64,000 nucleotides of DNA, from contig NC_087437.1 of the NCBI RefSeq assembly GCF_036321535.1, positions 31,994,001 to 32,058,000 on the forward strand. The letters are read 5' to 3'. How positions within the stretch are numbered: position 1 is the stretch's first letter; every line of letters begins with the position of its first letter. Below, in pieces: positions 1-13,320 of this stretch. Position numbers and translations under genes: made by a program. Source of the stretch: Camelus dromedarius (taxonomy: Eukaryota). The notes below the pieces were generated by a model. The model was not told where the DNA came from, searched no databases, and was given only the letters and a program-made list of their open reading frames with translations.

Positions 1-315
1 CTAAATGTGCCCCTCCAGATTCATGTCTCTGATGTGATGATGTCTGGAGATGGGACTTTTGGTAGGTAGCTAGGTGATAAGGGCAGAGCCCTCATGAACT
101 GGTTAGTGCCCCTATGAAAGAGACCCCAGAGAGCTCCCTTGCCCCTTCCACCACATGAGGATACAGTGAGAAGGCTGTCTGTGAACCAGGAAGCAGGACC
201 TGGTGCCTTGATCTTGGTCTTCCCAGCCTTCAGAACTGTGGGAAATAAATGGCTGTCGTTTACACACTGCCCAGTCCAGGGTAATTTGTTACAGCAGCCT
301 GAATGGACTGAGACA
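1..315 (+). mobile_element. MaLR LTR, MLT1A-like (runs off the window start)
   Basis: Typical motifs gccttgatcttggtcttcccagccttcagaactgtgggaaataaatggctg and the 3' end ...gcagcctgaatggactgagaca. Confidence 0.8.
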
Positions 316-449
316 ATCAGTGTCCACCACACTTATTTTTAAAATCTAGTATATATTTTTTAAAACTATAAATAATTTTTGGAACAAGGGTACAAATAGG
401 TAGTTGTAAGTGACCCTGTTCTCATTCCTTCCCACTTATGTTACCTCTT

Positions 450-1630
450 ATCTTAACTTTGATCCTGAATCTTTGCATGAGCTGTTCCCTGAGACTAGAA
501 TGCCCTCCCTTTTCTTTGACTGAGAGTGTGAAAGGACAGGCCTACTACAGAAAAAAGTTGGATTCCTTCTTCAAGGCCCAGAATATCATCACCTTTTCAG
601 TTGATCCCTTCCAGCAAAGTCAGCTGCCTCCTTCTCGCTCTCTGCCAAGCCCCCCACATCACACTCTCATAATCCTTTCTCTACAGATGGGACTTCCCCT
701 CAAACCTGACCCCCCTCTGAGTGTTCTCTTTATAGAATGGTGCCACCATCAATCCACTGGTGCCAGAATCCTGGGGGTGGGTTCCAATCCATCGCCAACT
801 CCTGCAAGTTTCATTTCTAGAATCTCTCTCTAGCCCTCCATTTCTAGTTCCAGTGCCATGCCCTTCTTATGAATTTTCATTATATCTCTTGCTTGTACTA
901 TCTTAATAGCCTCCTGTCTTTCTCCCAGTTTCTATTCCTGCTTTCCCAATAATGCATTCTCTACACAGCAGCTGGAGGACTCTTACAAAACTGCTGATCT
1001 AGTCATATCACCCCGGTTTAAGCCTGTCACTAGCTCTCCCTCTGGGCCTGCATGACTTGCCCATATCCCCAGGGTCACCACCTCCTCAGTTTTCTTCTCA
1101 TCTCTGCTGTTTTCTGGACACATTGGCCTGTTTTGATTCCTTCAACGGGCTGTAACTTTTTTCTTCCCAGGGTCTTCTCTCATTCTGATCTCTCTCTCTG
1201 GTCTGCTTTTCCTCCGCCTCTCCTGTGGACTCCTGGTTGTCCATCAGATCTCAGATCAGATAACTCTTCCTACAGGAAGCTGTCCCTAACGTCCTAACTA
1301 GGTCAGTTCTCTCATTTCCCAATCTCTATCCATTGTGCTTCCTTGTAGTCCAGGTCACACGGCAATTTCGTAATTCATTAACAAAAGACTTTAACATCTT
1401 TCTCTTCTGCTAGAATATAAATTCCACAAAGGTTGGGATATCTTAATGACCTCAACATTCCCAATGTTTAGCACAGGACCAGCACAAAAGACGTGCTTTA
1501 TGTTTTGATTTACTTACTGGATAAATATGTACTTATTTACTGAGTTTCTTAGAGGCATGGACAATTTATTAGTAAATGTCCTAGCATAGCATTTAGCATA
1601 TGTTGGATGCTCAATGAGTGTTTATTCATA
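450..1630 (+). mobile_element. Degenerate L2 (LINE2) fragments
   Basis: Pyrimidine-rich L2-like motifs (aatagcctcctgtc, ctagaatataaattcc, gctcaatgagtgtttatt). Confidence 0.5.
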
Positions 1631-1699
1631 AATGCCTAAATCAACAATTTGAAGGGTCTTGGGGAACAGGGGGCAGACATTTTGTGTAGCTGCAGGAGA

Positions 1700-2090
1700 G
1701 AGAATTAGAACTGAAGTTTAGAAATTACAGAAAGGCAAAATTTTCCAAAAAACAATATAAGGGATGAGTAACCTAATAGGAATCACATCCAAACACTTCT
1801 TTTGAATGTTTTTGGGTTCTGGGATTATGAGTAATTTCTATCATATTTTAATAGTCTTTTGTTTTCTGAATTTTCTGATAAATATTATTTTCATAATTAG
1901 AAAATACTTATTTGAAAAAATGTGGACTGGTGACAAAGTAATGGATTCTCTGTTCCTAGAAGTGTTTGAGCAGCTGGGAAGAACACTTGCCAATGATGAC
2001 AAGGAAGGGACTTCTCTGTGGGGGGTGGGGAGAAGTTGGACCTCTCCCCATCCCCACCACGATTCCTTTGACTCCAGCACCCCATGATAC
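1700..2090 (+). mobile_element. L3/CR1-like 3' fragments interrupted by an old L1M 3' fragment
   Basis: gtaatggattctctgttcctagaagtgtttgagcag resembles the CR1/L3 3' consensus. Confidence 0.4.
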
Positions 2091-3937
2091 TGTTAACTGA
2101 GCGATAAATGCTGAGTCCCCTTTTAGGAGAACTTGGCCGAGTTTACTTGGCTGCCTTACATTCTGCCAGTGGCTTCCTTATACTGGAACCTCACAATGAC
2201 AGTGTTGGCTGCAGTGGAATTTGATTTGTATTCACTTGAGGCTGAGGAGGATTTCATGAGATGACAGTATAGTGATGTCAGGAACATGAATATATAGGTG
2301 AGGGATGTTTTGTGGAAAAACTTAAGTGCTCCCTCTGTGAAATGTTTTAGTGAGTCTTGATTACAGTGTTCTCAAATGGCACTTACAGCACACTTATCCT
2401 AAGGAGTACACTCAATGGTTAATTTTTCAAAATAGACATTTCCAAACCGTGGTTTTGGTTAAATTAAAAAGATGGGCTCTACTCTGATTTTTGTGTTTAC
2501 GAGCTAGTTCAGGCAAACAGGACCATGGTTTTTCTCTCTTAACAGAAAAGACATTGGGCCATTACCTCCATATTACAATAGCTCTGAATTAAGAGGAATA
2601 GAATACTCCCAGAGGTCATCTGGTGTGTAGGACTGAATCTCTGTTGAAAAAGGGCAACACACACAAAGTTCTTCTGATTACATGAAGTCCCAGCCGAGGG
2701 GGGGGGGGGATCTAAGACTGACATAGTAAGAATGATCTCTACGAAGTCCCTGTGAAAATTGTTTTGTTGTTATGACTCCTGCGTAAAAGAATGTGTGTCT
2801 GTATATGTGTATAAATCTGTACTATATTTAAAATCTGTATTCTCCTGACATAAGTGGACTTGTAGTTAAAAAACAAAACAAGGCAAGAAGAGAATTCTAA
2901 AAGAATTCAAAAAGGAAAAATTAGAATCTATTATTCTCTTGCCCCCTCTCCCCACCCCCAAGTGTCCAATGAGGTCTCATGGAGCACTGTTATTCCTATG
3001 AACAAATAAGTCTGTCATTTTGGGTTTGAGTACTTTACATTTTTACAATATCTGAGTATTTTATAACTCTTCCAGGTTCTCAGTACCAAAATGAATTCTA
3101 GTCATTCCATTGATTGAAAGACAAAGGAAATGCATTTTCTTTCCATTCAATGAAACCTTTAAAAAAGTTTGTTCACAAAGGCAAAAGGAATTATGTAAAC
3201 ACAATGTGTCTGATTGTCATCTTACAGAATAATGCACAAGAAAGTTTCAGGATTTCTGGCTCCCCTCCCCATACCCTCAGAAAGTTTTTCTTTGAAGTAG
3301 ATGAGTTCAATATGTGCTGGATTAGGGGTACAGGATGAGAAGAATGTCAACATGGAAACTACTCTGCAAGACTGGGGTTCCCAGCACCCAGAAGCTCAGG
3401 TCTCTGCAGGAGCTGGTGTCCTGTGCTGCCAAGTACAAGGCTGTAGGGCCTTATGTAAACTGGTAATAGAAGGATGGACATGAGGAGGTGAAAACCTGTC
3501 TCATCAAAGCACGATGAACAGAACCCTTTTCCCCTAGGCAAGTAAATGGAAAAACCCAGCACTGGGGCTTGTCCTGATCCTCTATAGTTCATACAGCCCA
3601 CCACCCATTCCATCCACTCTGCTCTATGCCTCCCTCTGCTCTCCCTGGGTCTACAGTTTCCAGTTCAGCTCCAGGCCTCGTCTCCCTACTCTCAGTCTGA
3701 ATTCTCTTCAGACACCACCCTAGTTTTACCCCCAGGCTCCCCAATCTGTGACAGTGGGTAAAAGACATAGCATGTGCTCCTATCCTTACCCCTGCCATCT
3801 TGGTCCATTCCCTAGCCAGCTTCCCTGCTAGGGATAGGGACTTAGACAAAGCAGAGACAGGAAAGGGGATATAGAGGCACCAGAAACATGGCTTGTGCGT
3901 GGACATTAGCCCTCTTTATTTCCATTAAAACAAAGGA

Positions 3938-4508
3938 TGTGATGATTGATTTTATATGTCAGCTTGATTGCCTTTAGGATACCAAATAGCTAGTAAAACA
4001 TTCTTTCTGGGTGTGTCTGTGAGGGTGTATCCGGAAAAGATTGGCACTTTGAATCAGTAGACTGAATAAAGAGATTCACCTTCACCAATGCGGGTGGGTC
4101 TCATCCAATCCGTCAGGGGCCTAAATGGAACAAAAAGGCAAAGAGAGAATTTTCTTTCTCTTTTTGAGCTGCGGTATCTATCTTCTTCTGCCCTTTGACA
4201 TTGGAACTTCTGATTCTCCAGCCTTTGGACTCCAGGGCTCATATCAGAGGCACCCCCCATCTCCCAGTTCTCAGGCCTTTGACCTGAGACAAGGATTATA
4301 CCATCAGTTCCTCTAATTCTCAGGCCTTTGGACTTGGACTGAATTATACCATCTGCTTTCCTGAGTCTTCAGCTGGCAGAAGGTGAATCATGGGACTTCT
4401 CAGCCTCTGTATCTGTGTGAGCTAATTTCTATGATAATTTTTCTTTTCTTTCTCCTCTCTCTCTATTTCCTGTCAGTTCTGTTTTTCTGGAGAATCCTGA
4501 CTAACACA
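3938..4508 (+). mobile_element. ERVL solo LTR, MLT2 family
   Basis: Starts tgtgatgattgattttatatgtcagcttga and ends tctggagaatcctgactaacaca (TG...CA). Has the internal ttctcaggcctttg duplication typical of MLT2. Confidence 0.85.
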
Positions 4509-4694
4509 GAGGGTAAGCACACACAGGAATGGCTGATCTCATACCTTTGAGAATGGATGCACTGGGGACATTTTAACCATTTTAAAAGATTTTAAAATTT
4601 CTTACACTTGCAATATGCTTTATTGTTCACAAAACTTTTACATAAAGTTTTGTACATGGTGGAACTCTTAAATTAATACTTACTTTTGCTCATT

Positions 4695-5310
4695 TATTTG
4701 CATTTTTCTTCCATTATTTAAATTCTGAAATTGGGATGTGTCTTACTATCAGTGGTTTTGCAATCGTCATCCACTAGGAATGACTGTGACCAGGTATCAC
4801 TTGAACTTGGCCCAAGCTCTTTGTGTCGTAACTTCAATTGAATTATGTACATGGTTGATGCTACATGTGTTCATTGCTGTTTAGGACATCTTAAAAATTG
4901 TAATATGATTTGACTTTGAAGCAAAAAGTTACCATGTACATAGAAAAGCACAGAAGTAGAGGAGTGGGGTGAAATATGACATTACTGAACCAAAGAGCCA
5001 TCATTGGAGAAATGACCATAGTACCATATGGTCTTCCAAAGCAACAGCAACTGTTTTACCCAAGAAAGGAAGAGATCAACACGTAGTAAAGCCACGTTTC
5101 ATTTTGTTGCTGAAATAGATACCAATCTATAGAATTACCTATCACACACCATGCAAAGTACCTAAAGTCAGAAGAAAGCGCTAAATCCCTCAGAACAGAT
5201 AAAAGACTTTTTGAAATAAAACACTACTTATTGGACTATTAAGACATTGCATCATAATTTCATTGGTAGGATTTCTTCCTTCTTAGTGGTACATAAAAAA
5301 TGGAGTGTCA
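4695..5310. mobile_element. DNA transposon fossil, probably Kanga1-like (TcMar-Tc2)
   Basis: tctgaaattgggatgtgtcttac near one end and ttcttagtggtacataaaaaatggagtgtc near the other resemble Kanga1 subterminal sequence as I recall it. Confidence 0.5.
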
Positions 5311-5500
5311 TTAGCAAGCACCTACTAAGATACAGTTTCTCTGCTGGAGGTTTTTACATGACATTCAAGCCTCAACAATTCTACTCCATAGATAGTATTA
5401 TCCCCACCCCAGAGATGAGAGATGAGTGATTTGCTCAGATAGATAATTTAGTTTGGGTAGAGCTAGGACTTGAATCCTCATGTGTTCATGCCTGGATCCT
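5310..5500 (-). mobile_element. MIR fragment
   Basis: MIR-like core (gtattatcccc...agagatgagagatgagtgatttgctc...agagctaggacttgaatcc). Confidence 0.55.
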
Positions 5501-6899
5501 ACACTACTTTTTCTAGACTCCCTTGCCTTGGTAGAAATCTCCCTGATTTTCCAACCACTTTGTCTTTCAGAAGCATCTCTGGGGAGGAATAGCCCCAAGA
5601 GGTCCACACACTGGCACCATTCTGGAATAAGATGACATCTTGGATTTTTCTTGGTTTTTCATCTGAAAATTTAGTTAGCTTTTGGGGACTAGAAATCCTG
5701 ACTAGGGCATTTGTGGTATTTACTTATCTGCAATGCACCTCAGATTCAGCTCACATATTCTTTTGACTTATTTAGCAATTGTTTCCTAAAGTGGGGAATG
5801 CTTTTTCAACTAGGTAATCTATATTTATGCCTAAGAATAAGTCTTAATAAATAGGCACAAAAGTGCCTATGGAAAGAAGGTAAATTGAAACCCAATAAAT
5901 GTCCCTCAACATCACCAGCCAACCATTTTCTAGAAAACCCAGTGTTAGAAAAATATTGAGCATCTATTTTTTGCCAAACTCCAGGTTCTCAAGAAATAAT
6001 TAGATGAGAGCCTCACACATAAACATTTGTGTTTCCACAGCTATCTGGGAGGAAAAAAGAATCAAAATGAAATAGAAATGAAAACCACTTGAATTTCTGT
6101 CCATGATTATAATTGTATTCATACCAACATATTTAAAGGTTTAAACATGTTTAGAAAAGTGGTTTCTTCGTAGATCGGGATCAGAAATAGCAGCCCTCTT
6201 GGGAAAGGCCAGTCTGTGGTAAACCAGCTGGCACCAGGGGTGGAAGTGCCAATCAGTGGGAAGATGATGATTCTGAAATGCGTAGCTTGCATTTGGAATT
6301 ATTGCATCACGGGAGGAAAGCAGAAAGATCATTCTTTACTTTGTATACTTACTTCATGTATTTACTTCTTTTTTTAATATCTGGTTCAAAGGTTCTGAGA
6401 GTAGCTCTCTAAACTAGAGGCATCTAGTTAATTAAGCCACAAGGACTTTGTAACAAGTAGCAAAAATAATTCTCTTCCTCCACATTGAACTAACAGGCCC
6501 ATTCTCTTCTTTCTTAAGACAAGCCTTCAGTGAAAACAGAATCAAGACATAACCAGTATGTTACTATAACCCTTCTGCTGTGAAACAGAACACATTGTTG
6601 GCACTGAAATTATTAATAACAAATGTAGTGTCACTTATTACTCTATTTCTATTTGTCTGTTACCAATTTTTCCTAATTGATTAAACCAGCTAAGGTTACT
6701 CACTGACTCTTAAGAATGAGCTGGTAGATTTTAAAAGAATATTTAGAGAATTATTTACAACTATGCCTCTTCTCTTTTCCTGCACAACTTCATAGAAGGA
6801 GATGTCCCTCTAGTTCAAGGTGAATCACTTATCTAGACTCTGAATGTATACATCTGAATGAATGTAAAATTAAATGTACCATCTGCCTCACCTGTCAAA

Positions 6900-7755
6900 C
6901 TGTTGCTTTGGAATTGTCTGTCTCAGTGAATGCCATCATCACGCATGAAGTTTCCCCAAAGTACCCAGGAGTCATCAGAGACTTTTCTCTTCCCATTTCT
7001 ATACTCCAGCTCCAACCAGCCCACCAGTGTCTTGTCCATTTCACTAATTCAGCATTTTTCCTGCATTTCCATTTCTCTCTGTCCCCTCTGCTACTAGATC
7101 AGTCCAGGTCCTCACCACCTTCCAAGAACCTCCAAATCATTTCCCTGCTACAATCCATTCTCTGTATCATGATCAGATTTATTTCTCTCAATGCAAATCT
7201 TCTTAAAATCTTTTAATGGTGTTTCACCTTCTTAAGGAAAAAGTTCAAGATACCTAGCCTGGAACCAAGCCCTTTGTGGTATGGCCCTGCAGGCCTTTCC
7301 AGCATCATTCTGCACCATCCCCAACAGATCCCTTATGTCTCAGTCCTAGGTGAGGACTTGCTGTTTTGCAAATGGACCATTTTCTCTCTCTCTCCTTTGC
7401 CTCTGCAAGGTGATTCCTTCTACTGACCATTTGCTCCTTGTCTGCCCATGGTATTTCCACTAGTTCTTCAAGATGAGCTCATTCTCTAACACCTCCAGGC
7501 AACAGTGAGGGAGCCCAAGCTGAGTTCAGAGTCATTTGCAGTGGTGCCTTCTCCTGTGTGTCCTCAGGACCCTGTCCTTCCCTCCATCAAGGCACTTGCC
7601 ACACAGCATTTCAATTTTTGTTGTACATGCCTGTCTCCTCCACTACACTGTAAGCTCCTTGAAAGGAGGAGCTGTATTTATTTTTGTATCTCCAGGCCAA
7701 CCATAGTACCTGTTGTTTGGTAGTTGTTCCATAAATTGCTGTGGAATAAAGGAGT
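6900..7755 (+). mobile_element. L2 3' region
   Basis: cactacactgtaagctccttgaaagg...tatttttgtatctccagg...ataaattgctgtggaataaa matches the L2 3' terminus pattern. Confidence 0.6.
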
Positions 7756-8574
7756 TTTAATCATTTTCCTTCACTTCTGGAAACTTTGCTCAAGCAAAGT
7801 TATTTTTCCTCTTTCTGTATTTTAAACTTCTTTCCCTTGAGTCTAATGCATCTTTAAGTCAAACAACAAAAACACTTTCTCCATTTTAGCCCCACGTTGT
7901 TGAAAGGAGAGTCCAATCATTGCTTTAAACCCTTAACTTCCTGTTGATTTTTCAACTCACTGAAATTTGACTTTCACCTCATCACTCCAATGAAATTTGC
8001 TCTTGCCAGTGACACCAACGGTGCTGCAAAAGTCATTCTTTTCTTAGCTGCAGAAGTCATTCTTTATCCTTAAGCGACTACTTTTCAGGATTTCACATTG
8101 CTGATCTCTCCCTTTCCCTTGAAAATCTTGGCTTTTATGACATAATTTCCCTTGGTTTATAACATCTCTGAACACTAATCAGCCAGTCCAGCCTCCTTTG
8201 CTTAAATGTTGGGTGTCCCGACAAAGCCCTTAATAAGTCTGTTGTTTTCTTCTTCCTGAGTGATTTCATCTAATTCCACAATTTCAGTCACCATCTATGT
8301 ACATGAGCCCAAATTTTGACCTCTCAAAGTCTATTTCCAACTTATAGTAACTTCTATGACTCAATACTCTCACACTTTACATTAAAACTTAAAAGTGAAT
8401 TGTTTCAAACTTGGCCTCTTTTATATCTCCTATCTTTGTGAGTCAGCAGTAAAGTCAGGGTAGAATTAAGGACATTGACTAATTACAGTCCTTCTCCAGG
8501 TTTCTATATTAGACTATGTTTAATAAATTTCAAGGAAAAAAAATTAACCTTTATGTGAATTACAAGTTAGCTTT

Positions 8575-9146
8575 TGGATTAGTTATCTATTGTTACATAA
8601 GAAATTATCACACACTTAGCAGCTTAAAACAGCATGTATTTATTATCTCAAAGTTTCCGTGGGTCAGGAGTCCAAGCATAGCTTAGCTGGGTCCTCCGTT
8701 CAGAGTGTCGCAAAGCTACAATCAAGGTGCGGCTGGGGCTAGGCTCTTATTTGAGTCTCAGGATTCCCTTTCAAGCTCACTGCTTGTGGCAAAATTCATT
8801 TCCTTGAAGCTGTAGAACTCATGGCAGCTTATTAAAGGCCAGTGGGAGAGAGTCTCTGACTTGTTCACCCTCTTTCCAAGGGCTCAGTTGATTACATCAG
8901 ACCCACACAGGCTCATTTCCTCTCAATTAACTCAAAGTCAGCTGGTTAAGGACCTTAATTACATCTGCAAAATTTCTTCACCATTGCCATGTAGTGTAAC
9001 ACACTCATGGGAGAGACTATCCTATCCCTTTTGCCACATTCTATTAGTCAAAAGCAAGTTACAGGTCCCACCACATTCAGGAGGAGGAAGTTACACTACG
9101 GTCATTGGGAGTTATTGGGAGTCATCCTAGAATTCTGCCTACCACA
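8575..9146 (-). mobile_element. MaLR solo LTR (MLT1E/F-like), same orientation as VEPH1, within or at the end of the 3'UTR
   Basis: Minus strand begins TGTGGTAGGCAGAATTCTAG and ends ...GATAACTAATCCA. Flanked by a near-perfect 5-bp target-site duplication (TSD), gcttt (8570-8574) / gctta (9147-9151). Confidence 0.85.
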
Positions 9147-10001
9147 GCTTAATTTTTTTAAAAAATTATGGGTCATGGCAAAAAACAGTAAATGTTTGTA
9201 ATTTGGAGGTATTAAAATGTTGAATACAAAGAAGAAAAGTATAGAACTTAAAAATCTCAAAGTAATGGAATCAGCACATATTTTGAAGATGGAGAAAATG
9301 GTTTTCTACACTTATTTAAGCTCACACTTACTGCCTTGGGCAGGAGATACTTCCAAGTATCTAAACTTTAAATCATATTATATGAACCTGAAAGGAATAC
9401 TCAAATACTCAAATAAGGAGTTCTAAAGGACAGACGCTTAATTACATAATTGGCTTAATGAGAACCATTTTACCACATGTTATTCTCATTGGTATTAGGA
9501 GAGGATAAATGTAATTATTTATCTGTCAGAAGGTGGTTTTCCTCAGTGTCCATCAATTTGACTTTTCCTTGTAGGGTTTTGTTTTTGTTTTTGTTTCTTC
9601 TCTTTTAATAGTTTTGACAGACCGTTTTTCATCAGAAGTACCTAATCTTTCCTCAGGAGAGGCAGTTCGGATACCTTTTAAAGCTGTTTCCTTACAATGT
9701 ACAATGACATATCTACAGAAGTTTCTAGATCCCTACCCTCCTGTTTCTGGTTCCATACCACCTGTAGCTCCTTTTCCAGTATGCCTCTCACAGATGTTCT
9801 GCAGTTAACGCAAGTGCCATTAGGATCTGAAACGTACTCAGGGTCCTGTTACTTTTAGGTCCTGCTTCCTGGGGAAAACTCTCCCACTGGTAATGAGTAA
9901 AGAACAGCATGACGTGGTGAATGAATCTCTTTTCCGTGACATTGGCAGTGATAGTGCAATGCCCACTGTATACAACTGGTGTGAGATCGGCTTGTAAATC
10001 C
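8620..10001 (-). other. VEPH1: Probable VEPH1 3'UTR (3' end uncertain)
   Basis: Lies downstream of the stop. Minus-strand ATTAAA at 9609-9604 and first canonical AATAAA at 8644-8639. Confidence 0.5.
8639..8644 (-). terminator. Candidate polyadenylation signal AATAAA, inside an MLT1 LTR
   Basis: Plus strand tttatt. On the minus strand it is followed by GU/U-rich sequence (TGTTTT...GTGTGTG...TTTCTT). Confidence 0.5.
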
Positions 10002-10238
10002 CTACAGATATGTGGTTACTTCCCTACTTTCTCTCTCTTTTGCTTGGGCGACTGCCACGTTGATACATTGGAGCCACTCTTCTGCATTCTTCTCATCCTT
10101 GGCCTTGAACACATAGGTTTTATTGTCTGTGAAGATTTCAAAAGCCCGAGGGAGAGAGCGGTCCCTGCGTTTCTTGGCCACAACTTTCACACTCTGTACT
10201 TTGCTGAGTTCTATTGGGGAGTCATCAGGGTCGTCTTT
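10002..10238 (-). CDS. VEPH1: VEPH1 terminal coding exon (237 nt including TAG), C-terminal half of the PH domain: [18 protein letters not shown]...[27 protein letters not shown]
   Basis: Acceptor catacatttcag|AAA, phase 0. Contains the PH C-terminal helix with conserved Trp (EEWLQCI). Stop TAG at 10004-10002. Confidence 0.96.
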   Translation of the reverse strand, partial: KDDPDDSPIELSKVQSVKVVAKKRRDRSLPRAFEIFTDNKTYVFKAKDEKNAEEWLQCINVAVAQAKERESREVTTYL

Positions 10239-13129
10239 CTGAAATGTATGGGAAGGAAAGAACATGAGCTGGCTCCCAGAGGATGGAAGATCTCCTCAAG
10301 AATTTTCCAAGGCGATCAGAACCCTTTCACTTCAGGTGGCTTAAGATCTTTGTTATTTTGGGTGCTAAGCCTCAAAGAGTCATTAGAACAACTGAAGGAG
10401 TGAGCAAATGGCCTTTTGTTGTAGTACTGGAAGTTGGAACAAAATAGCCAATTTATAGAAAATTATTACACAGTAGGACCGGAAAAAATACATAATTCAT
10501 ATTTCTTTGATTTTATGTCATTTTCCACTGATATTAACACTGTATTAATAGAGCAAAATGCAGCACTACAATTTGGGGTACAATTAACTCAGAATTTGAG
10601 ATAATTTTGGAGGCTTGAAATTGAATTTTCCTTTGTGTTACCTCTGAGAAAAAGGTATTAATTGAATAAACAATGCTCCAATGTTTGAGTAGATCAAACT
10701 GTTTTTGAAATTCTCTGGAGGTATGGAAGCATGATTTGTCTACAAACATTAAGGGAAGGAATATTTGATGATGTTACATTTTCTTTGCATTAAGGCAGAT
10801 GCTGAAGGATCTCTGTAACACCAGGGTCATCGTGATGGGATTGCATGAATATTTTTAAGGAATTCAGATTCTTCTTTAAAGAAAGTTCATGTCTTTTACA
10901 GCCCTGAGTCCACTTTGTCTACTGGAGACAATGTACCTGTGGTTGAGAATCTTGCCGACTCTCTCTTCCCGCTTCCCCTTTCACAATAATCTTTCTCTCA
11001 ATTTGCAATGGAAAGACATCTTTTTCACTCATCTCAAACTTTCTATGGTGTATTATCCAACTTGGAAAAATCTCAGGAGCATCAAACAAAAAGAGCAATT
11101 CAAAATATTGATGTCAGGGAAGTGTCCTTCAACCAAGGCATTTCTAATTACATGACACTTTTTAATGTTTAATAGCTATTTACTACATTTGGTACTACAC
11201 TTATGGCTTCTCATAAGTATAAAATTTATCACTCATAAGTGATATAATTTTAAAAAGTTAGTAATAAAAAATCTTAACACTTAGAGACTGATGGTCACAA
11301 GAAAGTAAAATCATTACATTTCAGCACATATACATGGTTTTACTGCAGTGAAAAATGATAGGGTGATCAGGATGAAATGCTATGGGAATGTTAGAACAAA
11401 AATATAATTTCAAAGAAAAAAACAATGTAAACACTTCCACTAAAAAGAGATAATTTATCTATTTTTTGAAATGAATGGCGTTAGGTGCCAAATTGCTATG
11501 GTATTTTTTTCTATTGGTTACATTTAAAGGAGAGATGTGCCTTTTAAATATTAAAATGACAATATTTACAATTCAAGAGAAACTACAGTCTGTGCAACTG
11601 TTTAAAATTACGATAAAAGTGTTCTTGCAACTTAAAATGCCGTAAGGTATTATACAGATTGTGCAAAATTCTTTCAGGATAAAATTTGAAGTTATCTGTA
11701 CTAGATAATACTTTGTGAGCTTAATTTGGTTTATAGAAAGTATCTGACACTTATAAAATTGTATTTTTTGAATTAGCTTATAGTATAGAAATTGATACAT
11801 GTAGGAACTGAACAAGAGAAACATGTTACTAGTGGACAGTGAATCAACTAAGAAACAGACAGGAAGTCTAAGGATACTGTTGCCTAGCTGTTAGGTGGAG
11901 ATTAATACCTTAAGAATGCAAAAGTGAAAAATAACATGATAATCTTTTAGTTCTTATTCTAAAATGCACATTTCTTCTCATTTACAGGAAAGGCCCTTTA
12001 TGACGTGGCTGAAGATTCAGCTGGACTGCTGACCACTGCAAAGTTACTGTGTCCCTGGGGATGAGAGGGATTTTGCTATGGTCTTCATGCTATATTATAT
12101 TTCCCAATTCTTGAGCCAAAATGTCCTGTCAAATTTCTGGAATGTCAGACCATTATTTCCTGATAAAGACGTTAAACAAATTAGCCAATTCTCTAAACTT
12201 TATTAAAAAGCTCCGAATCAAGAAGTATAAAGGTCATTATTGGAGTTCAGGAAAACCACTCTATGCACTAGCTCTTCTTTGTCTCAAGGGAGCAAAAAAA
12301 TCACTACATCTTAACTTTTGATTTCTTTAATAAAAAGAGGAGATTAAAATAGTTATTTAAATGCATTAAAAATGCCATTTCAACGTGAATCTATGCTAAA
12401 AAAAGTTTCCTTAAACCTCCAATAACTGTCAAAATTGAACACACCATCATACTTCCTGTTCAAAAAGACCTCAGCTACAGAAAAGTGTATTATATTTTAT
12501 AAAACATGCAGATGAAGAAAGTAATATGAGTTCAAATCGGGTGTCACCAAAACGTTTTTTTTTTTTTCACATTCAAAAAGTTAATGTGAAGTCTTATTAA
12601 CGAAAAGAGCATTGATCAGAATTTGTCATAATTCAGATAATACTATACTTAATGCCTGTTGTGTAATAAGTTCAAACAAATTTTGTAATGAGCACTTGAA
12701 AGATGTAGTGCCTGTGCACTTAGTGAATTGTAATTTTTAAGTAATTTAACCTTCTCATTTATTTTTATTTATTTATTTTTTAACCTTCTCATTTATTAAT
12801 TCAGACACAGTTTGACTTGCCACTGACCCTGCATTTTAAGTTTACATAAGAAGTAGGGCAGTGTACTCATTTGAGGACATTCTTTGGTGTCACACTGCCT
12901 GAGCCTGACTTCAGTTTTACCCCTTCTCACCTTTTTAAAAAAAATAAAGATATGTTCCATAAAAGAGTTTGGCAGTCAAAGAAAAGCATCACACTTCCTA
13001 AAAACACAAGCATTCTTCTTCCCCTAGTCTACAGAGAAAATTGCAAAAAATAAGGAAAAACAAAACCAACATCAGCAACAAACACCCACCAGTATACACC
13101 ACATTAGCATGTATACTTCAGCAAGTAAG

Positions 13130-13320
13130 TGAAGGCAGCACTCCATCCCTGAATGATGACTCTTTCCTTGAACAAGCCAATCCGTCTCTTTGGGCCTCAG
13201 TTTCTCCGTGTATAAGATGGCAATAACAAAAGTGCTGACCTCAAAGGATTATTCTGAGGATTGTTGGAGGCAATCCAGCGTGGCATGTGGTAAGCACTGA
13301 TAAGCTATTATTATTATATC
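13130..13320 (+). mobile_element. MIR
   Basis: MIR core gggcctcagtttctccgtgtataagatggcaataaca...ggcatgtggtaagcactgataa. Confidence 0.7.

Noticed and set aside
4262..4365. ~50-bp tandem duplication (ttctcaggcctttg...attataccatc)
   Set aside because: It is an intrinsic feature of MLT2 LTRs.
9921..10403. 160-aa plus-strand ORF
   Set aside because: It is an antisense shadow of the VEPH1 terminal exon with no recognisable product.
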